From positions 15,974 to 79,973 of IMG/VR virus record IMGVR_UViG_3300012202_000039: DNA of 64,000 nucleotides; one strand, written 5' to 3'. This DNA comes from a virus. The notes beneath the pieces are model-generated. The model ran no database searches and was not told the origin of the DNA. It saw only the letters and a program-made list of their open reading frames with translations. Both the position numbers and the translations under genes were made by a program. Shown piece by piece: positions 18,659 to 26,393 of the stretch (positions are counted from its first letter, which is position 1; each line of letters opens with the position of its first letter).

Positions 18659-20683
18659 ATGCAAAACGCTCGTCTGGCTAAGATCCTTAGTACTGCCAAA
18701 CTCCCGCTGATCGTAGCCCACAAGAAGGGTGAGATCCGAGCGACTAATCTACGTCGCTTTCGCGATACGGAGGCTAAGGTACGCCTGGTGACGAATGATA
18801 TGAAGGCCCCGATGTCTATTCTTTCGGGTTCTCCATTAAAGCAAGATCTTAGGGCTACTGTAGTTATTAGCGCTTCTGATATTGCTAAGCTCGTACCTTT
18901 TGCTTATTCAAAGAAGACTAATATTGTATATCGCACTACTCCTGAAATAGCACGAGCATTCTCTAGAATTGAAAATGCTCGTGTGCATTGCGCAGTTTCT
19001 TCTGCGGTTATGTCAGTTAATATTAATAAGACTGTATTAGCCGCAGCTATGGAGACTGATGTTAGTTTAAAACATAATACGAAATTCCCAGGTGAGATGG
19101 GCGAAGATGATAATCCCGTTACCACTATGGACACATCTGAACTTGACTCAGATGATTTAGATGCGCTTAATGGCGACGCCATGGATGATAATAGGGTTCC
19201 ATTAGATGAAGATGAGCGTGTTGAAGATGATTACGAAGCTCCAGATGGTGGTTATCGTCAGGTAGAGAAAGACGATATGGATAATCACGGGCTACCCAAG
19301 GTGGCTGCTTCAGTTAAGAAAAATAGAATTGCCGCTAAAAAGCGTCGTGTAAAGGCCGCAGAAATGAAGGGTTTGGACGATAATACTACTCCTTCGCGCG
19401 GCGGCGGTTACGATTATGAAGGTGGCGATGATAATGAAACAAAGATGAGTGATGATGACGATATGGACATGGATGATGACATGTCCGATGATGACGATAT
19501 GGACATGGATGACGACATGTCTGATGAAAAAGATATGGATGATGATAATGGTGACGAAGATGCGTCAGAAGCTGACAGTGAATCCGGGGTTGATGATCAA
19601 GAATCCCGAGATATGTTAGCTGATGGCGATACAACAATGAATGACGGCGATATGCGCGCCCGTGATGGCGATAATGATGAAACTATGATGAGCGATGACG
19701 ACGACATGAATATGTCGGAAAATGAAGATGATGAAAAAGATATGGATGATGATGGTGAAGAAGATGTTTCCGAAGATGATAGTGAATTAATGAATGATGA
19801 TGGCGCACCGAATAATGTACAGTCGCCAAATAATATGCGTCGAGCCCCTGATGGTAATACAGAAATGGCATCTGTGTACCGGGCTAATCTATTAGAAGAA
19901 TTATCTGCTTTGAAGAATAAGCGTGTTGATATTGTCGAAGCTGGTGGTGATAAATCAGTATATTATCTTTTCTATAATCATAATCCTGTTGCAGTTATGA
20001 ATCCAATTCATGCATCAGATATGGTTAAGCAATTAGCTGCTTTTCCAGTTAAATTTAAGCATGCTTTCTTTGCAGCTACTCGGGATAAGGGTATTACTGC
20101 AAGTGTAGCTAAAGATTTTGGTTTAAAACCGCTGGTTATTAAACTTACCGCCGCTACTCTTATCAATAAAGCTATTGCTAAGAAAGTAAAGGAAATTAAG
20201 GCTAATTACCACCGTCGTGGTAATAATATTCGTAAGCGTTTACAGCACAGCATTAATATTGCTGCTGTTGGTATTAATAAGAATTTCTGGAAGGCTACAA
20301 CTAACCCTCTGCGGGAAAATCTTTGCCAGGAATTAGCCGCTAATAATGTTCGTAATCCTGAACGTATTATCGATAAGGTTTTCGAACATCATGGCGAAGA
20401 GTATCTTCGTACTATTATGACACGAGCTTCTATTATCGCTAAAAAGCCGCCTTCTTTCCGTGAAGAACTCGCTCATACAGTTGAAGATGCAAATTATCAG
20501 CCAATTAAGCGTAGCGAAGGTGATGTGCTTGTTGAACGTTTAGTTCATGGTAATCAGATAGTTAGTGATGATGAAGATTTCAGCGTAGAATCTTCAGATA
20601 ATAGTGATTATGATTATCGTAATCCTAATGTCGATGAGGTTACTGCCCTGCGTAATCAGCTAAAGCTTGGTGGTCGGCGTTAA
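18659..20683 (+). CDS. capsid scaffolding/prohead core protein (probable)
   Basis: Very acidic D/M-rich central region, helical C-terminus, upstream of decoration and MCP genes. Confidence 0.6.
   Translation: MQNARLAKILSTAKLPLIVAHKKGEIRATNLRRFRDTEAKVRLVTNDMKAPMSILSGSPLKQDLRATVVISASDIAKLVPFAYSKKTNIVYRTTPEIARAFSRIENARVHCAVSSAVMSVNINKTVLAAAMETDVSLKHNTKFPGEMGEDDNPVTTMDTSELDSDDLDALNGDAMDDNRVPLDEDERVEDDYEAPDGGYRQVEKDDMDNHGLPKVAASVKKNRIAAKKRRVKAAEMKGLDDNTTPSRGGGYDYEGGDDNETKMSDDDDMDMDDDMSDDDDMDMDDDMSDEKDMDDDNGDEDASEADSESGVDDQESRDMLADGDTTMNDGDMRARDGDNDETMMSDDDDMNMSENEDDEKDMDDDGEEDVSEDDSELMNDDGAPNNVQSPNNMRRAPDGNTEMASVYRANLLEELSALKNKRVDIVEAGGDKSVYYLFYNHNPVAVMNPIHASDMVKQLAAFPVKFKHAFFAATRDKGITASVAKDFGLKPLVIKLTAATLINKAIAKKVKEIKANYHRRGNNIRKRLQHSINIAAVGINKNFWKATTNPLRENLCQELAANNVRNPERIIDKVFEHHGEEYLRTIMTRASIIAKKPPSFREELAHTVEDANYQPIKRSEGDVLVERLVHGNQIVSDDEDFSVESSDNSDYDYRNPNVDEVTALRNQLKLGGRR
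19451..19522 (+). repeat. 36-bp tandem duplication (DDDDMDMDDDMS x2)
   Basis: GATGATGACGATATGGACATGGATGAYGACATGTCY twice. Confidence 0.9.
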
Positions 20684-20712
20684 ATTTTTAACTCAATATA
20701 GGAAAATATATT

Positions 20713-21444
20713 ATGATCAACCAGAATCGTACGAAGCCAACCAAATCTATCGATTTCTTAATCAGTGGTAGTGTGACCACTATTATTGAAGGCGCCGTTC
20801 TGATCACCCAGACGGAAGCTGATGGGTTTAACCATGTTCTACCCTCGGCAGGTTCTAGCGGCGAGATTTTCGCTGGTATCGCTTATAGCCAGATGATGAC
20901 TCCGACTACTTTCCCTCGGGTTAATCTGGTTACTGTTCCGCTGACTTCACCTTATACGGTTACGCTGGATCGTACTCCGGTTACCTATAATCTGGATATC
21001 AGCGTTAAGCGTAATAGCAATAATACACTTCTGACCATTGATAACGGTGGTACTACGCCAGCTACTGGTCACGTTGCGTTAGCAGTTGCGGGTAATGTGC
21101 TTACCTTTAACGCGGCTGATGCCGGTTTAGCCATGACCGTGGTTTTCCGCTTTAATCTCAGTGTGGCAGAAGCTGAATTTATTGCAGGTGATGGTGTTAT
21201 AGGTGCTCGCACTCCTGTGCAATTAGCTGGTTCAGTTGGTGTTATTCAGGGCGGTTTAGTTTATACCGATCAATTTGATCCTACCGTAGATTGGACAGCC
21301 CCTGCTATCGCTAATCTAGCTACTGGTGCTGGTGGTCGTTTAACTCGTGGTGGGTCAGGCTTTTCATTAACCAATGCGGGCATTTATGTAATTAAAGTGC
21401 CACAAATTGATGATCCTTACCTCGGTATCGCCCTTAGCGCCTAA
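20713..21444 (+). CDS. head decoration/cement protein (probable)
   Basis: Beta-rich T/A/G protein immediately before MCP; codon usage like a highly expressed gene. Confidence 0.55.
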   Translation: MINQNRTKPTKSIDFLISGSVTTIIEGAVLITQTEADGFNHVLPSAGSSGEIFAGIAYSQMMTPTTFPRVNLVTVPLTSPYTVTLDRTPVTYNLDISVKRNSNNTLLTIDNGGTTPATGHVALAVAGNVLTFNAADAGLAMTVVFRFNLSVAEAEFIAGDGVIGARTPVQLAGSVGVIQGGLVYTDQFDPTVDWTAPAIANLATGAGGRLTRGGSGFSLTNAGIYVIKVPQIDDPYLGIALSA

Positions 21445-21482
21445 TTATATTTTTATAAAATTATTCCAAAGGAATATAGGTT

Positions 21483-22580
21483 ATGAAAGCAACTGTTGCT
21501 CGTCGCCCTGCTGTCCCAGCTTTACATGCACGTTTTAATGGTAGTAATGAACGTATCGTCGGTCGAGACAATCATATTAATGCGGGTTCTAATAAGGAAC
21601 TTCTAACCCGCATTAAAGATCTGGCGGAAATGGTCACCGCTGGTTCTATTGATATGTCGCCCTATAATAAGAATAATCAAGTTACTGCGGCTGACGTTCA
21701 AACTCGTAATCAAAAATTATCAGCAGCATTTTATACCCAGAATAATTCCCGTCCGTGGGCAAATATGGGTGCCGCAGTTAGTGCCGATCTTTCGGAAGCC
21801 GCTGACCGTGAAGGCTTTATGCGTCGTCTCTTACTTAAGGTTGACGTAGCCAACGGAACTATTCCACGTATCCGCGTTAAGCAGAAGAATATTATCGCCT
21901 TAATCGCTTCTTCGGGGTTAGATAATCGGCCGGTATACTTACGTGATAAGTATATTACGCCTCCAGAATTTTATATTAAGCATAATATTCGCGTGGAAGA
22001 ACGTGAAATTGTGCAGGGGTCTGGGGATATTCTTGAAGATAAGTTCTTCGAGACCCAGGAAGGTATTATGGTGCAGGAAGATCGTAAGTTTATCTCTCTG
22101 CTAAATGATACTATTGGTATCGCTAATAGTAATCAGCTTTTAGCGGGTGGTTTATCTCCTGCTACCTTATCACAGATGCGCACACAGATTCTACAGTGGA
22201 ATCTGCCAGCATCTACTCTGTTAATTGCATCTGATGTGCTTAATGATATCGTTGGTCAGGGCGCAAATACTTTTGGCGGCTATTTTGATCCGGTGTCACA
22301 GTTTGAAATCGTTCAGACTGGTATGATTGGTACCTTAATGGGTATGCAGGTTATCACGGATTCGTACCGTGCCCCAACTCTTAAGGTTCTTAATGCCGGT
22401 GATATCTGGGTACTTTCTAATCCAGAAATGCTCGGTGCCTTTACGGATCGTGGTCCCGTGCAGTCACAGGAAGTTAATTCATACATGGAAGGTTCGCCCG
22501 CTCGTGGTTGGAACTTCTTTGAATTACTGAGTATGACTATAACTAACCAACGGTCAGCCGTCCACGGAAGTCGAGTTTAA
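21483..22580 (+). CDS. major capsid protein (HK97 fold, probable)
   Basis: 365 aa; REGFMRRLL, QEGIMVQEDR and TGMIGTLMGMQVITD segments; position after scaffold and decoration genes; biased codons. Confidence 0.8.
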   Translation: MKATVARRPAVPALHARFNGSNERIVGRDNHINAGSNKELLTRIKDLAEMVTAGSIDMSPYNKNNQVTAADVQTRNQKLSAAFYTQNNSRPWANMGAAVSADLSEAADREGFMRRLLLKVDVANGTIPRIRVKQKNIIALIASSGLDNRPVYLRDKYITPPEFYIKHNIRVEEREIVQGSGDILEDKFFETQEGIMVQEDRKFISLLNDTIGIANSNQLLAGGLSPATLSQMRTQILQWNLPASTLLIASDVLNDIVGQGANTFGGYFDPVSQFEIVQTGMIGTLMGMQVITDSYRAPTLKVLNAGDIWVLSNPEMLGAFTDRGPVQSQEVNSYMEGSPARGWNFFELLSMTITNQRSAVHGSRV

Positions 22581-22634
22581 ATTAGACCAAAATGCTGTTT
22601 AATACATGGCATTAGTTATAAAAGGGTCAAATTA

Positions 22635-22728
22635 CTAATTTAAGCGACATTATATTATATAACTCAAGATCTCTATTAAAACTGTAAATGAACAGAGATC
22701 TTGAGTTATAAATGTCGGCTTAAGTTAG
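22635..22728 (+). promoter_or_regulatory. long hairpin with CTGTAAAT in its loop, reaching the endonuclease RBS
   Basis: Perfect 17-bp arms 22658-22674 and 22694-22710, extended by 22635-22651 pairing with 22711-22728. Confidence 0.75.
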
Positions 22729-22739
22729 GAGAGTTTAAA

Positions 22740-24053
22740 TTGGAACGTTCAGAACAATATTATGATAGTTTAAAGAACGAACATATTAGAAAATTTAACG
22801 AAACACATGGTAAGGGTGAATATAAATTCTTATCTAAGATTTATCGTAAACAATTAGACACATATAAATATAAGCATAAATGTGGGCTAATTTTTGAATC
22901 TACGGCTATGAGCCTACAACATGGCAGATCTAAGTGTGTTTGCCAACATAAAATAAATATTCCGAATACACCTGAAGGGTTTAAAATTAGATCTGCTGCT
23001 TCAAATAAAGGCCAAGCTGGACGTTATAAAACCTATCGTAAGAAAATGCAAGTAATATTAAACGAAAAGTACGGTGAAAATGAATATAAACTTTTAACTA
23101 AGAAATATGAGGGTGGAACTAAAACTTATACCTTTAAGCATTCTTGTGGATTAAAATTTAAATCTACTGCTGCTTGTTTATCTAGAGGTTTATCTAAGTG
23201 TCCTTGTTTACACATTGTAAGAAGTAAAGGACTTACTCTAGAAGAACATAATATAGATTTACAAGCTAAAAAAGGTAACGATTATACTTGTACTAAATAT
23301 TTTAGTATGCATGATCCAAATAATGAATATATACACAATATATGTGATAATGCTTTTAAATCCCGTGCAGCAGCTGTTCTAGGTGATTTAAAAGGTTGTA
23401 TCCATTGCTCGGGTAAAGACGGTAGTTTAATTAATAGAGTGACTAAACGTCAATTTATGAAAGAATTAAATAGTGTTGAAAATGGAAGAGATTACCGAAT
23501 TATCGGAGATTTTGAGGGTAAGTCTAAAATAACAGAGTTTAAACATAATTGTGGTAATAAATTTAAAGCTAAGCCTTATGATGTATTAATGAATCGTATT
23601 AGATGTTATACATGTTATCCTATATTAAGTAATAAAGAAGTAGAAGTAAATAATAAAATTTTTACTTTACGTGGATATGAACCTTTCGCTTTAGAACGAT
23701 TATTAAAGCTTTACAGTTATAAAGATATTCTTGATTCTAAGTCAAAAGAGTTTCCTCATTTTAAATACACAATAAATAGGATACGCCGAAATTATATTCC
23801 AGATCTTTATGTTAAATCTAATAATCTAGTAATTGAGGTTAAGAGTTTATCAACTATGGGTTTAGAAAATTCATATTTTAATGATAAAGATGGTATCGAT
23901 TTATTTGATAGAAATAGCGCCAAAGCAAAAGCAGTACTAAGAAAGGGTTACAAATTTAGGATGTACTTATTCGATAGTAAAGGTGTACGGATAACACTAC
24001 CAAAATACTGGTATACGTTATCTAAAACAGATGTGTTAGATTATATTTCTTAA
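22740..24053 (+). CDS. free-standing homing-type endonuclease: repeated HxCG/CxxC zinc-ribbon modules plus C-terminal PD-(D/E)xK domain
   Basis: Four H-x-C-(G/D)-x-x-F...C-x1-2-C repeats; RGYEPFAL...YIPDLY...IEVKS; TTG start at 22740 has AGGAG 8 nt upstream (ORF track start is 22701). Confidence 0.75.
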   Translation: MERSEQYYDSLKNEHIRKFNETHGKGEYKFLSKIYRKQLDTYKYKHKCGLIFESTAMSLQHGRSKCVCQHKINIPNTPEGFKIRSAASNKGQAGRYKTYRKKMQVILNEKYGENEYKLLTKKYEGGTKTYTFKHSCGLKFKSTAACLSRGLSKCPCLHIVRSKGLTLEEHNIDLQAKKGNDYTCTKYFSMHDPNNEYIHNICDNAFKSRAAAVLGDLKGCIHCSGKDGSLINRVTKRQFMKELNSVENGRDYRIIGDFEGKSKITEFKHNCGNKFKAKPYDVLMNRIRCYTCYPILSNKEVEVNNKIFTLRGYEPFALERLLKLYSYKDILDSKSKEFPHFKYTINRIRRNYIPDLYVKSNNLVIEVKSLSTMGLENSYFNDKDGIDLFDRNSAKAKAVLRKGYKFRMYLFDSKGVRITLPKYWYTLSKTDVLDYIS

Positions 24054-24101
24054 TAGTAATTTAATCAAAGGGAAGCCTTCTATGCTGAAGGGAAAAGTAT
24101 T

Positions 24102-24935
24102 ATGAAATCGCTTAACGCTAAGAATTTAGAAATACTGCAAAGGTGCAGTAAGCAAATCGCTAGTATGCTTAAAGAAAATCATATTGTTATCTCTAGTAAC
24201 GAAGTATTAGATGATATTCTGAATATGGTTCTCAGTAAGGCTAATGGTGGTAAATCTACAGTTACGGCAGCTACAGCACCAACTACGTTACCACAACATA
24301 ATCCTGCTGCTGATATTCTTTGTTTAGCCTTTGCACATTTTCAAGAGGGTGAATTAGAGACTTCACTTAAATATGTATCCGCAGCTTTTGAAGCCGAAGG
24401 TATCGAAGAACTCGTGCAAGCTATGGAATCGATGAATAATGAAGTTGAAGAGGCATCATTTAATAAGGATGCTGATAGTTTAGCTCAACTAAATCCATTT
24501 AATGGTAATATGAGTCTAGTTGATTTAGATATTGACGATATGGTTGATGAAGCTGACCTCGATTATCAAAGCACTAATGTTCCGGTAGATCATTCCCAGA
24601 CGGATGAAATAAATACAGATTACCTTGATGACGAAGACGAAGACGAAGACGAAGACGACGATGATCCTAGTGTAACTATCGAAGTTAAATCTAGTGATCT
24701 TGGCGTCGTTACTAGTCAGGATGATGATAACGAGTTACAAGATGAGAATGAAGACGAAGAACCGCGTGATGATAATATGGACTTCGATGACGAAGAAGAT
24801 AATTTAAATAGTGATGATGATTTCGAAGATGAGGATGAAGTTAAAGCCAATATTATTCTAGCAAATAATATGTCTCTATATGGTGATACTATTAGTCGAA
24901 ATAAAGCCAGTAGACTATTAAATAAACGTGGTTAA
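24102..24935 (+). CDS. acidic hypothetical protein (head-associated?)
   Basis: D/E-rich C-half with (GACGAA)4 at 24630-24653. Confidence 0.55.
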   Translation: MKSLNAKNLEILQRCSKQIASMLKENHIVISSNEVLDDILNMVLSKANGGKSTVTAATAPTTLPQHNPAADILCLAFAHFQEGELETSLKYVSAAFEAEGIEELVQAMESMNNEVEEASFNKDADSLAQLNPFNGNMSLVDLDIDDMVDEADLDYQSTNVPVDHSQTDEINTDYLDDEDEDEDEDDDDPSVTIEVKSSDLGVVTSQDDDNELQDENEDEEPRDDNMDFDDEEDNLNSDDDFEDEDEVKANIILANNMSLYGDTISRNKASRLLNKRG

Positions 24936-24963
24936 TTATTTCTTGGTCTTACTACTAGTTGGT

Positions 24964-25003
24964 AAAAGGGAGACTACTGATTTGCTCAGTAGTCTCCCTT
25001 TTT
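24964..25003 (+). terminator. intrinsic terminator
   Basis: AAAAGGGAGACTACTGA-tttgc-TCAGTAGTCTCCCTTTT(T). Confidence 0.85.
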
Positions 25004-25027
25004 CTTAATAAAAATTGGGTTATTAAT

Positions 25028-25681
25028 ATGCAGGTAGAATCAAAAATATTTGAAGCTTCTTTAGAATATTTTATGAATATGTTGAAAGTTACCTTTAGTA
25101 AACCTAACTCCGAAAGGATAGAAGTAGTTAATACTCAGGGTCCTCAACAGATGCGTGAAATTGCACGTAGACTAGGCGGACAAGTTAAGTTTCCTTATAT
25201 GGCTACTATGTTGGAATCTATACAAAAAGATCGTGAGAGTTACCCTGGTCGTAATATGAAACGTTTAACAGTTAATGGAGCGAAGAATTTAGATAATGGT
25301 ACGGTATTAAAGTACCAACTTAAGCCAATAGAAGCTAATATTACTACTAAATTTATCTGTCAAGATTATGCAGACGGTATAGATTTTTGTAAAAAACTTA
25401 TATATTTAGATGAAACTTTTAACTTTGTATTAATGCAGGGTAATACTCGGATAAATATTCACGTTTTAACTGATGATGCCATACAATTCCCTGAAATACA
25501 ACTAGATGATATTGATAGTATATTTCAGTTCGAAACTGTTATAAAAATAAAAACTTACATAGGTACTGTTGAACAATTTAAGTTAGTTAAAAATGTAACT
25601 GTTAATACCAATATTCCTTATAACGATTATAGTGATTTTATAGTAGTTAGTAGTGAAAACTTTGCTCAAAATTCTTCATAG
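25028..25681 (+). CDS. putative tail completion/terminator protein
   Basis: Lies between head and sheath genes; start moved to the ATG downstream of the terminator. Confidence 0.45.
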   Translation: MQVESKIFEASLEYFMNMLKVTFSKPNSERIEVVNTQGPQQMREIARRLGGQVKFPYMATMLESIQKDRESYPGRNMKRLTVNGAKNLDNGTVLKYQLKPIEANITTKFICQDYADGIDFCKKLIYLDETFNFVLMQGNTRINIHVLTDDAIQFPEIQLDDIDSIFQFETVIKIKTYIGTVEQFKLVKNVTVNTNIPYNDYSDFIVVSSENFAQNSS

Positions 25682-25690
25682 GAAAATCAG

Positions 25691-26065
25691 ATGGCTTTAG
25701 TTCCTGATACATTAACTTTCGATCACATATTATATAAATCAGCTGCTAATGTTCGTGAAATACTTACTTCTTCTCGGGTATTCCTTTCCATATTTAATTG
25801 GACTAAAACTACGGTAGATATAGCAAATAATACTTCATTTGCTATATCTACCGGTATAACGTTATTTATCGATATAAATTGTCGTAATCCAATGAAGTTA
25901 ACTCTAGTATCTAATATACCTGGAACTAACACACCTCAGACCTATATAGTGCTGATTAATAACCGTTTCTTCTTTACTGGTGCTCTAACCTCTTTAACTC
26001 TCACTAATCCCAATCCTACATCGCCTAATTTAGATCCAATACAGTGTAAAATTATATATGCCTAA
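25691..26065 (+). CDS. putative structural protein
   Basis: Beta-rich 124-aa ORF. Confidence 0.5.
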   Translation: MALVPDTLTFDHILYKSAANVREILTSSRVFLSIFNWTKTTVDIANNTSFAISTGITLFIDINCRNPMKLTLVSNIPGTNTPQTYIVLINNRFFFTGALTSLTLTNPNPTSPNLDPIQCKIIYA

Positions 26066-26360
26066 GGAAATTGATATGATCGTACAAAATAAAACAGCTT
26101 TATCTATTGGTTTAGACTCGCATGATCGTGATCATGTACAGATTCCTCCACATTCTACTAAACAAGTTGATGATAAATTCTATTGGCAGTTTCCACCACA
26201 TAAATTGAAGTTAATTAAACCCCCAGTCGGTGTAGAAGTTATTCTAGATGTAGATACTCCTACACCTATTAATGATAGTATTTCTGTTGAAGTTATTAAT
26301 CCTCCTATTTTAGTTCAAGAAATTTCATCTAATTTCGTCACTACAAAATCTAACTTATAA
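26058..26360 (+). CDS. hypothetical protein preceding sheath
   Basis: 100-aa ORF overlapping the upstream stop. Confidence 0.5.
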   Translation: MPKEIDMIVQNKTALSIGLDSHDRDHVQIPPHSTKQVDDKFYWQFPPHKLKLIKPPVGVEVILDVDTPTPINDSISVEVINPPILVQEISSNFVTTKSNL

Positions 26361-26393
26361 CATATAGATATTTTAATATAAAAGGATATTATA

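Noticed and set aside
19380-19880. CRISPR-like or regulatory repeat array
   Set aside because: Repeats are in-frame codon repeats for the Asp/Met-rich scaffold region, with no spacers
24959-25027. ORF-track N-terminal extension of the 25028 gene
   Set aside because: It runs through a strong terminator hairpin; the ATG at 25028 is more plausible
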